Assembly: GCA_012798335.1 (NCBI GenBank)
Contig: JAAZNJ010000005.1
Coordinates: 1-39,211, forward strand
Origin: Candidatus Woesearchaeota archaeon
GTDB taxonomy: Archaea > Nanobdellota > Nanobdellia > Pacearchaeales > GW2011-AR1
Direction of reading: 5' to 3'
Length of the DNA stretch: 39,211 nucleotides
The number at the start of each line of letters is the position of its first letter. Positions within the stretch are counted from its first letter, which is position 1. The notes under the pieces were generated by a model, which was not told the origin of the DNA, searched no databases, and saw only the letters and a list, made by a program, of their open reading frames with translations. Of the stretch, positions 16,171 through 25,282 are shown piece after piece. The position numbers were made by a program, and so were the translations under genes.

Positions 16171-17634
16171 ATGAATAAAAAAAACCAAGATAAAAAAGAA
16201 ATCTTTGAATTGAAATCAAATCAATTGACAGCTTCAAAAAAAGATTTATCAGAATGGTATAACCAATTAATGCTTTTAGCAGATATTGTTGATGATAGAT
16301 ATGCTGTTAAAGGAATGGCTGTTTGGAAACCTTATGGTTATAAGATAATGCAAAACATAAAGAGAAGATGGGATGAATTATTTCAAAATGCAGGAATACA
16401 AGAAGTTTATTTTCCATTGATTGTTCCAATTGAATACTGTGAGCAAAATCCGAGTTGGTGGCAAGGTTTTAAATCAGAAGGTTTTAAAGTTATAGCAGGG
16501 ACTGATAATAAAATTCAAGGAATAATAAGACCAACAGGTGAGCCTGCTATTTATCCAATGTATTCTATGTGGGTAAGATCAAAAAATGATTTGCCAATAA
16601 GATTTTATGAAACAGTAAATAGTTATAGATATGAAACAAAATCAACAAGGCCTTTGATTAGAACAAGAGAGATTAGTGTCTGGCATGAAATTCATACTGC
16701 TCACGCAACAAGAGAAGAAGCAGAAGAGGAATTCCAATTGCATATAAAATTATGGGATGAATTATGGAAAGATTTAGCTTTGCCTTCTTTTAAAGTTGTT
16801 AAACCTATCTGGGAATGTTTTCCAGGAGCAATAGGAGCAGTAGAATATTATTCAACAACACCTAATGGAAGAGTTATGGAAAATGGTTCTGTAAATAATT
16901 TAGGACAAGCTTATGCAAAAAAATTCAATATAAAATTTAAAGATGAAAAAGGTAAAGAACAATATGCTTGGCAAATATGTACTGGGAATGGTGCAAGATT
17001 ATTAGGGGGTTTAATATTAATTCATGGAGACGATAAAGGTTTGATAATTCCCCCAAGAATAGCTCCTATAAAGGCGGTTATTGTCCCAATATTATTTAAA
17101 GGAAAAGAAAAGATTGTTTTAGAAAAAGCAAAAGAACTCTCAAAAGAGTTGAAAGAGTTTGATGTTTATCTTGATGAAAGAAAAGAAAAAACAGCAGGAG
17201 AAAAATTCTATGAATGGGAGATAAAAGGTGTTCCTTTAAGAATTGAAATAGGCCCTAAAGATATAGAAAAAGATTCTTTTGTTTTAGTAAGAAGAGACAC
17301 AGGAAAAAAAGAAATAATTTCAAATAAAGATGCAAAGAAAAAAATTAAAGAAACTCTTGAAGATATACAAGATTCTCTTTTGAAAAAAGCAACAGAAATG
17401 TTAAACTCCCAAATAAAAGATGCAAAAACATTAGAAGAAGTTAAATCAAATGTGAAATCAGGAAAAATCTCAAGAGTTTTTTGGTGTAAAGAAGGAGAGT
17501 GTTATGATAAAATATCAGAAACAGCAGAGGGTCTTGAGGGTTTTGGCTCTGATCTTGAAAAAAAAGAAGAAGGCCATTGCATAATTTGTAATAAAAAGAC
17601 AAAAACAAAATTATATTTAGCGAAGAGTTATTAA
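16171..17634 (+). CDS. proS: Prolyl-tRNA synthetase, archaeal/eukaryotic type
   Basis: Class II aaRS core with a ProRS-like signature (RPTGEPAIYPM, TRPLIRTREISVWHEIHTAH). Anticodon-binding domain (KAVIVPI). C-terminal Zn-binding domain with Cys pairs (FWCKEGEC, GHCIICNKK) and a terminal Tyr (..AKSY), typical of the archaeal-type enzyme. Confidence 0.9.
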   Translation: MNKKNQDKKEIFELKSNQLTASKKDLSEWYNQLMLLADIVDDRYAVKGMAVWKPYGYKIMQNIKRRWDELFQNAGIQEVYFPLIVPIEYCEQNPSWWQGFKSEGFKVIAGTDNKIQGIIRPTGEPAIYPMYSMWVRSKNDLPIRFYETVNSYRYETKSTRPLIRTREISVWHEIHTAHATREEAEEEFQLHIKLWDELWKDLALPSFKVVKPIWECFPGAIGAVEYYSTTPNGRVMENGSVNNLGQAYAKKFNIKFKDEKGKEQYAWQICTGNGARLLGGLILIHGDDKGLIIPPRIAPIKAVIVPILFKGKEKIVLEKAKELSKELKEFDVYLDERKEKTAGEKFYEWEIKGVPLRIEIGPKDIEKDSFVLVRRDTGKKEIISNKDAKKKIKETLEDIQDSLLKKATEMLNSQIKDAKTLEEVKSNVKSGKISRVFWCKEGECYDKISETAEGLEGFGSDLEKKEEGHCIICNKKTKTKLYLAKSY

Positions 17635-17718
17635 ATGATTTTTAAAATATATTCAAAAAATAAATTCTGAAAACTTTATTCTATGAATGAAGAGAATGAA
17701 TTGTATAAATATTTCTTT

Positions 17719-18414
17719 TTAAATTTCAATTATTTTCATCTTTCCGGGATTAATTATTCTTGTCCCTTCAAAATTAACTTCTCCAGGAATATGTATATGT
17801 CCACAAATAAACAATTTTGGTTGAATTTTAATTATATATTTTTTCAAAATTTTTGAACCCATGTGTCCAACATAAGATTTAATAAATTCTGGTGGATTTG
17901 GATTAAAATCTAATATTTTATAGGGGGGGAGATGAGATAAGATTATATCTACTTTTTGACTCTTTTTTAAAAAAGTACCTAATTTTTTTTCATCATCATT
18001 TGCTCTTTTTTGGGTATTTTCATTGTCTGGTTTATACTTTTTGGCCCACCATTTTTCAACAAAAAAATCAAATCCAATAATTTTAAGGCCTTTTATTTTT
18101 ATCTCTTCCTTATCACAATGGATTATTCCTTTTTTCTTCATTAAAGAAATTATTTCAGATTTTGCAAGTTCTTCAGCATTTCCTAAACTTGCTACTATGG
18201 GACATTTAAATTTAATTAATTCTTCAAAAAATTTTTCAGATGATTGGATTATCTCTTCTTTAGCTTCTTTAACAGAACCTCCTTCAAAAATCATTTTTCT
18301 TAATTTGTCTCCTTTTGCAAAATCCCCTGCAACCAAAATTAAATCTATCTTCTCATTAGTCTCTGGAATTTCTCCATGTGCATCAACTGATAAGAGTATT
18401 TTCATTTTAGACAT
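17719..18414 (-). CDS. Calcineurin-like metallophosphoesterase
   Basis: Motifs SVDAHG (DxH), AGDFAKG (GD), LGNAE (GNHE variant), SHLPP and CGHIH (GHxH). Start moved from the GTG at 18537 to MSKMKILL (ATG 18414), because the family begins just before the DxH strand. Confidence 0.7.
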   Translation of the reverse strand: MSKMKILLSVDAHGEIPETNEKIDLILVAGDFAKGDKLRKMIFEGGSVKEAKEEIIQSSEKFFEELIKFKCPIVASLGNAEELAKSEIISLMKKKGIIHCDKEEIKIKGLKIIGFDFFVEKWWAKKYKPDNENTQKRANDDEKKLGTFLKKSQKVDIILSHLPPYKILDFNPNPPEFIKSYVGHMGSKILKKYIIKIQPKLFICGHIHIPGEVNFEGTRIINPGKMKIIEI

Positions 18415-18582
18415 AAATTTATACTTACAAATAACAAAACGAAAAAAGTATTTAACTTTTTCTATCCTAAATAAAATTAACAATAATCTGCGTATTGAAT
18501 CCAGTCTTCTTTCTTCTTCTTGTTGTCTGACCCACACCCAACTAACTTTGGAGGTATTAACTTCTTCCTCTTTTCGGGTTTT

Positions 18583-19698
18583 TTATCTTTCATAGAAACA
18601 ATATGGATCCTTATGTTTAAAAGTTTTATGTATACTATATGAAGAAGCTTTACACCCTCCCAAACAATGTTCTTTTTTGTTACAACTCTTACATTCTTCA
18701 GGTAAGAAATCTTTAATAAACTTATATTTATTTTTAGAATTCCATATATCTTTAAGATTATCTTTTAATATATTTCCCATCTTAAACTTTTTAAAAGGTA
18801 ACAATTGACAAGGATAAACATCTCCATTGGATTCTATAATCATCTTGCTAAATCCTCCAGAACATTTTCGGGTTATTATTTCTTGTTTTTTCTCACCCAA
18901 AAGAAAACAAAAAGTATGGTCAAAAACAATCTCTGGGGTTTTTATTTTCTTGGATAAACTAATAAGCTTTTTTGTTACTTCCTTAAACTCTAAAGGAGAT
19001 AACATTGAATCAATGAAATTCTCTCCTTCCCCTAAAGGATAGAATTTAGAAAATTGTAAAGCTTTTACTTTCGTTTTTTTAAGTATTTCTATATATTCTT
19101 CTAAATATGGGAGAAATTGTTTTGTAAGAGTGGTATTTATTGTAATATCTATCTTATTATCAGTTAATCTTTTTATATTTTGGGTGGTTTTTTCAAAACT
19201 CCCCTCTTTTCTAATAAAGTCGTGAATTTTTTTAGGACCATCTAAACTAACATTTAATTTTAAAGTTTTTCTATATTTTTTAAAAAGAGGGAGAAGTTCT
19301 TTTACTTTTTTGGAGTTATAAACATTTGTAAATAAAGTAACATTGCAATTTTCACATAAGATAGGAATTATTTCTTTAATTCCTTCTTTAATTGTAGGTT
19401 CACCCCCAGTAACTAAGACTTCAAAAATTTTATTTTTAACGATTAATTTTGATATAGTTATTAATTCTTCTTTTGATAATTCTTCTTTTTCTAAATTTTT
19501 TTTATTTAGATAGCAATGTTTACAATTTAAATTACATTTTTTTGTTATTCTCCATTGAATTCTTAAAGGTAATTCAAATCCTTTTTCATAAATTGTATCT
19601 ATCTCTTTTTGATCTAAATTTTCAAAGAAGTATCTTCTATTTTTTTTATCGAATAAAATGAAACCATTCTTTTCTTTTCTTCTTATTTCTTCTATCAT
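18583..19698 (-). CDS. Radical SAM enzyme with canonical seven-Cys SPASM domain
   Basis: CNLNCKHCY (CX3CX2C) after a ~50-aa N-terminal extension. GGEPT. C-x12-G-x4-C (CSGGFSKMIIESNGDVYPC), then CKSCNKKEHCLGGC (CX2CX5CX3C), then DPYC. Confidence 0.9.
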   Translation of the reverse strand: MIEEIRRKEKNGFILFDKKNRRYFFENLDQKEIDTIYEKGFELPLRIQWRITKKCNLNCKHCYLNKKNLEKEELSKEELITISKLIVKNKIFEVLVTGGEPTIKEGIKEIIPILCENCNVTLFTNVYNSKKVKELLPLFKKYRKTLKLNVSLDGPKKIHDFIRKEGSFEKTTQNIKRLTDNKIDITINTTLTKQFLPYLEEYIEILKKTKVKALQFSKFYPLGEGENFIDSMLSPLEFKEVTKKLISLSKKIKTPEIVFDHTFCFLLGEKKQEIITRKCSGGFSKMIIESNGDVYPCQLLPFKKFKMGNILKDNLKDIWNSKNKYKFIKDFLPEECKSCNKKEHCLGGCKASSYSIHKTFKHKDPYCFYER

Positions 19699-20372
19699 TT
19701 TAATGGGGGTAACAAACTCGATTTATTTTTTTCAATATCTTTCATTATTTCTTTAATTAATCCTATTTCCCTTATATCAGAAAATTTTACTTTTTTGTAT
19801 ATTTGTTCTGTTTTTTCTGGGAGGTAATTAATTAAGTAAGAGATTTTTTTTGGATTAGCATATTCTGAGATGTCCAACCTTCTAAACCCCAATTCAATAA
19901 TTCTATCCATAAGATACTGAATTGAGAGAATTGCTGATTCAAGATCGTTTTTTTCTAATCCCTTTCTAACATTTATAGAAGTTCTTTCGACCAAATCGTA
20001 ATCTCCCCCTATAATTGTCTGTTCTTTCCAGGCATCTTCTTTTAAATTTTGCTTTTTTGCACAATTTATTAAATCTTGATAAATTCCATTTGGATCATAA
20101 ATAGGTTTTGAATTCCTAAATCGATCAATAATCCTAACTTCTTTTAAAGAAATTGCATTCAATATGTTTATTGGATCTTCAAAATAAATTTCAAATATTA
20201 AACCAGAATCTCTAATAATTCTTCTTGGAAGATGTTCTTTTAATACATATAAATCTACATCTGAATTTAATGTTATTTCTTTAGCTCCGCTTCCAAATAT
20301 CCCTATAGCCTTTGGAGAAAATTCCTTTGTTAATTCATTTTGAACTTTTTTTATACTTATTTTATGTACCAT
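19695..20372 (-). CDS. Pol-beta superfamily nucleotidyltransferase with C-terminal helical domain (KNTase-like architecture)
   Basis: GIFGSGAKEITLNSDVDLYVL fits the G[GS]-x(9-13)-DxD signature. ATGA overlap with the radical SAM start (19695-19698). Confidence 0.7.
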   Translation of the reverse strand: MVHKISIKKVQNELTKEFSPKAIGIFGSGAKEITLNSDVDLYVLKEHLPRRIIRDSGLIFEIYFEDPINILNAISLKEVRIIDRFRNSKPIYDPNGIYQDLINCAKKQNLKEDAWKEQTIIGGDYDLVERTSINVRKGLEKNDLESAILSIQYLMDRIIELGFRRLDISEYANPKKISYLINYLPEKTEQIYKKVKFSDIREIGLIKEIMKDIEKNKSSLLPPLK

Positions 20373-21517
20373 TTTAATCCTTTATATATCCCTAAAAATA
20401 ATCCTTTAATTACATTTAGTGTTTGTTTAAGGTTATTGCTCTCTTTATCTATATTACAAGATAAATTTAAACTATCCCTTCTAGAAATTTTAAAGCTTTT
20501 AGACTGTTTAATCATCCTAAAAGCATAACCTTTCATACCAACTCTTTTTTTTGAAAAAGGATAATATCTCACAATTTGGGCAAATTCATTGGAAATTCTA
20601 TCTTTAATCCAATCTTGTTCTCTTATGTCTCTACATCCACCAGAAAGATCAAAACAATTTGAAGAATCAATAATCTGAGATATACTAAAACCCTTTAGTT
20701 GATGGGATAATATTCCTTCCAGAGAATCATTTAAAATAAATTTTATCTTTTCTAAATCTATTAAAGGGATAGAATCCAATGATTCTTTTAGAGTAACTAA
20801 AGATTTTACTCCAAACTTTAAATGTAAACACGCAGTTTTTGGATCCGGTAAGTAAAAGATGTTATATCCTTTATCTTTTAACCTCCACACTAGTTCACTT
20901 TCCATGGCATAATCATTTTTTCCACTACTTCTAAATCCCCCAACTTCTTTTAAAGCAAGAGTATTATAAATTCCATAACTAGCTCCGAGAGAAATTGGGA
21001 TTAAGGGGAATTTATCTTTAGAAGAGATTAATTCTTCTGGAAAGGAAGTTAAAAACCAAGAATTAATTCCTTTGGACATATCAATTTTCCCTATATTTTC
21101 TAATGGAACAAAAGAAGTGGGAAATGGAAGTCGATTATACGCTGGGAAGATTACTGCGCCAGTATCTTTTTTAGTAAATTCTATATAAGACAAAATTTTT
21201 TCAATTGTTTTTTCATTATAAAAAACAGAATCATCGTCTAATATTAAATGCCAGGGAGATTTAATAAATTCTAAAGCATATCTTCTAATTCCTGAACACC
21301 CTAATCTTTTGTCAGACTTAAAATATTTAAAACCATATTCCTTACATTTTTTTTCAATATTTTTTGACTGTTCTATTTTAGAATTATCATCTACCACCAG
21401 AACATCTGGTTTATAAGATTGATTATCTATTGAATCTAAAGTCCAGCTTAAAGGAATTCCATAAGGAAGATTATATCTATTGTGGGTACCAATCAATATA
21501 GATAACTCTTTATCCAT
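20357..21517 (-). CDS. Family 2 glycosyltransferase (GT-A fold)
   Basis: LSILIGTHNRYN first strand, VLVVDDNS, and the DxD motif in LILDDDS. Overlaps the downstream nucleotidyltransferase by 16 nt. Confidence 0.75.
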   Translation of the reverse strand: MDKELSILIGTHNRYNLPYGIPLSWTLDSIDNQSYKPDVLVVDDNSKIEQSKNIEKKCKEYGFKYFKSDKRLGCSGIRRYALEFIKSPWHLILDDDSVFYNEKTIEKILSYIEFTKKDTGAVIFPAYNRLPFPTSFVPLENIGKIDMSKGINSWFLTSFPEELISSKDKFPLIPISLGASYGIYNTLALKEVGGFRSSGKNDYAMESELVWRLKDKGYNIFYLPDPKTACLHLKFGVKSLVTLKESLDSIPLIDLEKIKFILNDSLEGILSHQLKGFSISQIIDSSNCFDLSGGCRDIREQDWIKDRISNEFAQIVRYYPFSKKRVGMKGYAFRMIKQSKSFKISRRDSLNLSCNIDKESNNLKQTLNVIKGLFLGIYKGLKWYIK

Positions 21518-21576
21518 AAAAATTATAGCAATTTATTCTTTAAAAATATTCCTTTTCAATTGTTACTTTATAATGA

Positions 21577-21996
21577 TTACTTTGGCTTAATTGTAATTAG
21601 ATTTCTCTTTTTTAAACAAAGCTTAAATAATTCTTCTTTAGTCCTAACCCAAATTATTTTATCTAAATAATCTTCATATTTTATTAAAATCTTCTTGAAT
21701 ATTCTTATGGGGGAGAAGTAAGCATATTGGTAATTATCTCCTTTTTTTGCTTCAACATCTACTTCATACACATATCCTTCTTTTGCAGGTTCGTAATCTC
21801 CAACAATCATTAATTTCTCTGGAGGTAAAGCAAAATCAGTTTTCCCTTTGAGAGACTTACCTAAAGCGTAAAGTGCAGCTTGATTAAAATTGTCTGTAAG
21901 AAATATTGCTTTTTTATTTTCAAAATCAGTCTCTCCTTTTGCTAATTTCGGTTTCAATACCTTCAAATTTTGTGGAGAACCATGATATAATTTCAT
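21577..21996 (-). CDS. Hypothetical protein with N-terminal LYHGS motif
   Basis: 139 aa beginning MKLYHGSPQNL, then ...AIFLTDNFNQAALYA...GYVYEVDV. Same strand as the GT2 gene and 59 nt upstream of it. Confidence 0.45.
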   Translation of the reverse strand: MKLYHGSPQNLKVLKPKLAKGETDFENKKAIFLTDNFNQAALYALGKSLKGKTDFALPPEKLMIVGDYEPAKEGYVYEVDVEAKKGDNYQYAYFSPIRIFKKILIKYEDYLDKIIWVRTKEELFKLCLKKRNLITIKPK

Positions 21997-22095
21997 TTTT
22001 TATAGAAATTCTTAATTGAAGGATCAAATTTTATAAAACAAGAAAATAAGAATGATTTTGACATAGTTATTAAAGGAAAATATAATGGGATAAAG

Positions 22096-22511
22096 ATGTC
22101 ACAATTGTTAGATAAGGTAACTAAACCTAAAAAAATCAACTTTTAATCGGAGAAGGAAAGTATCATAAAAGGAGATTTAAAATTGGAGAGAATATTATTT
22201 GTCCTTTTGCCATTCATTATTCAGATGATTTTTTTGAAATTTCAAAAAGAAAAAAATTAAAAAATAAAAAAGAAGTAATAGCAAAAATTATTGATTCTTC
22301 TGAATCTCTATTTTCTCCAGCAGTGTATAAAATAAAAACAAAAGAAGGTAGAGTCTGTTTTTTAATAAGTTATTTTGTTGGGCATGTACATCTTTTTCAA
22401 AAAGGAGATATAATTAAGTTTAAAGCTCCTCTTTTTGAATTTTCTAAAAATTTAGTAAAAAGAGAAAGTTTTGTTATCCCCATTCAAGGATCTTGGGTTG
22501 AAATAGACTAA
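22096..22511 (+). pseudogene. Frameshifted gene of unknown function (or a homopolymer assembly error)
   Basis: ATG at 22096 reads MSQLLDKVTKPKKINF* (stop 22144-22146). A long start-less ORF in the -1 frame is open from 22131 to 22511 (..IGEGKYHKRRFKIGENIICPFAIHYSDDFF...WVEID*). Adding one A to the A7 run at 22129-22135 fuses them into about 139 aa. Confidence 0.45.
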
Positions 22512-22520
22512 TTTTCTTTT

Positions 22521-23282
22521 TTAAAATACTTGTTCCTTTATAAAAGCGTTTATTTTTTTCCAGTATTCTTCAATTAAATTTAAAGAAATTGCATGTCCTG
22601 ATGAATGTTCTATTAACTCTGTTTTTTTAATCTTTTTTATTATGTTATTTATATGTTTTATAGAAACAACTTCATCTTTAGGATCGTGGAAAATTAAAAC
22701 AGGACAATTTAATCTAACTAGATAGTAAGATGGAGAAATTTCTTTAAATTTCTTTAATTGAACGTTTAATTTATTAAATTTTATTCTATAAAAATTAAAA
22801 TATGCTCTTTTTACAAAATCAATTAAATGAGAAAGATCTTGTTCAGTCTTATCTTGATTATGTTTTTCAAAATCTCAAACAGGAGAAAAAAGAATAATTT
22901 TATCTATTTTATTTTTTAATTTTGCACTAATGCCCCATGCAATTGCTCCACCAAAACTACCTGTTAAGAGGATTAGTTTTTTATTATTAAAATATTTATT
23001 TTTTAAATCCTATAAACTTAATGCTTTTTTATCATCTAATTTAACAATAAAATTTGCAAGTTCTTCAATTACATTTTTCTCTAAAAATGACCTTTACTTT
23101 GAAAAAACCCACTATATCTTAAATAAAAAACATTAAACCCCTTATTAAAAAAACTTCATTAAATCATCTTCTTTATTTGAACTAGGAAATCCTGGAAGAA
23201 TAAGAATAGCATCTGCAGGTTCATTATGTGTTAAAAATTCAAAGAAAATATTTCCATAATAAGCTTTAAGGATATTAACCAT
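22521..23282 (-). pseudogene. Alpha/beta-hydrolase (esterase/peptidase-like) pseudogene
   Basis: Reverse-strand reading from ATG 23282 gives MVNILKAYYGNIFFEFLTHNEPADAILILPGFPSS..., a LILLTGSFGGAIAWG nucleophile elbow (GxSxG), ...CPVLIFHDPKD... and ...EHSSGHA. It is interrupted four times: by two compensating frameshifts in homopolymer runs (plus-strand A7 at 23147-23153 and A5 at 23083-23087), by an in-frame TAG (23010-23012), and by an in-frame TGA (22875-22877). Confidence 0.7.
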
Positions 23283-23336
23283 CTTAAGTTATTGGTCCTT
23301 AAATTTAAAAATATATAGTAAAAGTTAGTTTTGTTT

Positions 23337-24713
23337 TTATCCCTTTATGACAATCAAAGGTTTCATTCTTGCAATCTTTTTACTTATTCCCAAATCATCA
23401 ACAATTTTTATAACTTCATCAACATCTTTGTAAACCTGTGGAGCTTCTTCTGCGAGTGATTGCATACTTCCTGCTTGGACTTCAATTCCTTGATTATTTA
23501 ATTGTTGTTTTATCTCTTTTCCTTTTAATTCTTTTAAAGCTGAATTCCTACTACTTATTCTTCCTGCACCATGAACAGTGCTTCCAAAAGTTAACTCTTC
23601 TGCTTTTTTTGTTCCAATTAACAAATAAGAACTTGTTCCCATGCTTCCAGGAATTATAACTGGTTGTTTGTCAAAACTTCTTGTTGCTCCTTTTCTGCAA
23701 ACTAAAACTTTTTTCAATTTTCCATCAATAGCATGTTCTTCAAATTTAGCAATATTATGGCAAACATCATAAACAACATTGATTTTTGATTCAGGAAAAA
23801 TTTCTTTTATTGCTTCTCTTACCCAATGAGTTATTAATTGTTTATTAGCAAAAGCAAAATTAGCAGCACAGCACATTGCCTTGTAATAATTTTTTCCTAT
23901 CTCGCTGTTTATAGGTGCATTAATTAATTCTCTATCTACTAAATTCTCAAAACCATATTTGTCTTCCATAACTTTTATATAATCACTTGCAACTTGATGA
24001 CCTAAACCCCTACTACCACAATGCACCATTATTGTTATTTGATTTTTTTCTAAACCAAAAACTTTTGCAATTTCTTCATCAAAAATCTCATCAATATATT
24101 GAACTTCAAGAAAATGATTTCCTGCTCCTAAAGTCCCTAACTGGCCTATCCCTCTTTTTTTTGCTCTTTCAGAAACTTTTGAAGAATCACAATCTTTCAT
24201 GCATTCTTGTTCCTCTGTTGAAAGATAATCTTCTTTTTCACCAAATCCTTTTTCAACAAAATATCTTGCTCCTTGTTCAAGAACTTTATCTAATTCTTTA
24301 AAAGAGAGATTAAAGTGACTTCCTCTCCCAACACCAGAAGGTATCTTTTTATACAACAAATCTGTTAATTGTTTTTGTTTTTCTAAAACTTGCTTTTTAG
24401 TTAAATTTGTTTTTAATAATCTTACAGAACAATTTATATCATAACCGATTCCTCCAGGAGAAATTACTCCTTTATCAATATCAAAAGCAGCAACACCACC
24501 TATAGGAAAACCATATCCTTGATGACAATCAGGAAGAGCAATAGCATTTTTTATAATCCCTTTAAGTGTTGCAACATTTTTTATTTGTTCTAAAGTTTTA
24601 TCTTTTTTTATTGTTTCAAGCATTTTTTCATCTGCTATCACAATAGAAGGGACATTCATATTTCCTTCCTTAGGAATTTCATAAATATTTTTTGATTTTT
24701 CTTTTATTTTCAT
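23337..24713 (-). CDS. rtcB: RNA-splicing ligase RtcB (3-prime-phosphate/5-prime-hydroxyl RNA ligase)
   Basis: Motifs PDCHQGYGFPIGGV, GGIGYDINCSVR, GAGNHFLEVQ, HCGSRGLGHQ and HGAGR (nucleophilic His). No intein. Confidence 0.95.
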   Translation of the reverse strand: MKIKEKSKNIYEIPKEGNMNVPSIVIADEKMLETIKKDKTLEQIKNVATLKGIIKNAIALPDCHQGYGFPIGGVAAFDIDKGVISPGGIGYDINCSVRLLKTNLTKKQVLEKQKQLTDLLYKKIPSGVGRGSHFNLSFKELDKVLEQGARYFVEKGFGEKEDYLSTEEQECMKDCDSSKVSERAKKRGIGQLGTLGAGNHFLEVQYIDEIFDEEIAKVFGLEKNQITIMVHCGSRGLGHQVASDYIKVMEDKYGFENLVDRELINAPINSEIGKNYYKAMCCAANFAFANKQLITHWVREAIKEIFPESKINVVYDVCHNIAKFEEHAIDGKLKKVLVCRKGATRSFDKQPVIIPGSMGTSSYLLIGTKKAEELTFGSTVHGAGRISSRNSALKELKGKEIKQQLNNQGIEVQAGSMQSLAEEAPQVYKDVDEVIKIVDDLGISKKIARMKPLIVIKG

Positions 24714-24818
24714 GATAATTAATAATCTTTCAAGATTTTAAAACTAATCTTTATCTTATTCATAGATTTTTTAAAAGTTTATAATTAAACTTAAATATTA
24801 ATTTATTTTAAAATAATA

Positions 24819-25187
24819 ATGGATAAAGAAGATTTAGACAAAAATAATTTTAATAGAAATTCTTTTAATAAAGAAACATTAGATAAAGAAGAATTAGAAA
24901 AAAAATTAGGAAATAAAATATTACAAGATGAATTATTAATTGGAAAAAAAGTAAAATGTATAGATGGTTTATTTGAAGAGTCATTAAATATAAAATTGCC
25001 TTATAGTTTAGAAGAGATAAATATCCCAATCCAAGGAAAAAATTATACAATAAGAGAGGTAATAGAAACTCCTTTTGGTTTATGTGTTCTTTTAAATGAA
25101 ATAAAAAATAAAACATATTATTTTGTTTATGAAAATAAGATTAGAGAGCCAATGTTTTTTATAGAAAGATTCAAAATTTTGAAGTAA
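24819..25187 (+). CDS. Hypothetical protein
   Basis: 122-aa ORF with an acidic/Lys-rich N-terminus. No motif recognised. Confidence 0.4.
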   Translation: MDKEDLDKNNFNRNSFNKETLDKEELEKKLGNKILQDELLIGKKVKCIDGLFEESLNIKLPYSLEEINIPIQGKNYTIREVIETPFGLCVLLNEIKNKTYYFVYENKIREPMFFIERFKILK

Positions 25188-25282
25188 AATTATAAAAATT
25201 TTATAAATTCTTAAATAAAATCTTAGTTGTTATAAATTTAGTAAATGAAAATGTTTATTAATAACAAAAAATTAATTATTTT

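Noticed and set aside
18415-18537. 41-aa N-terminal extension of the metallophosphoesterase from a GTG start
   Set aside because: The extension (WVRQQEEERRLDSIRRLLLILF...) precedes the family's normal N-terminus. An ATG (MSKMKILLSVDAHG) sits right before the first DxH strand. The extension is probably untranslated leader.
18520-18582. Slightly GC-richer stretch after the rSAM gene as a tRNA or small RNA
   Set aside because: No cloverleaf-compatible stems or T-loop (GGTTCGAATC-like) sequence. I found no tRNA-like element anywhere in the window by eye.
18023-18595. 190-aa plus-strand ORF, and the other antisense track ORFs: 2221..2442, 5517..5747, 8081..8302, 8310..8528, 9019..9219, 9046..9237, 9271..9507, 9769..9957, 18827..19042, 19473..19661, 20340..20528, 22930..23136, 23438..23659, 23987..24301, 24865..25116, 27806..28048, 28160..28381, 32554..32736, 34351..34569, 34666..35127, 35398..35613, 35710..36066, 36655..36843, 37620..37817
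   Set aside because: All but 37620..37817 lie within, or mostly within, a motif-supported or longer ORF, in most cases on the opposite strand; 37620..37817 spans only the ATPase start codon region and the SRP RNA island. They translate to Phe/Leu/Ile/Ser-rich low-complexity strings with no motifs. These are typical shadow ORFs of an AT-rich genome.
18583-19698. rSAM as a viperin-like antiviral nucleotide-modifying enzyme (given the NTase and phosphoesterase neighbours)
   Set aside because: It carries a full seven-Cys SPASM auxiliary-cluster domain, which viperins lack. It has the general architecture of peptide/protein-modifying or cofactor-maturing SPASM enzymes.
19695-20372. Nucleotidyltransferase as the MNT antitoxin of a HEPN-MNT toxin-antitoxin pair
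   Set aside because: There is no adjacent HEPN-like gene, and I saw no Rx4-6H motif in its own C-terminal helical domain. It is translationally coupled to GT2 and rSAM genes instead.
22875-23012. In-frame TGA and TAG in the hydrolase as evidence of stop-codon reassignment (alternative genetic code)
   Set aside because: TGA clearly terminates well-supported genes here, often in ATGA overlaps (6967, 7629, 14550, 19695). All long ORFs are intact under the standard code. The same gene also has two frameshifts, so a pseudogene is the simpler reading.
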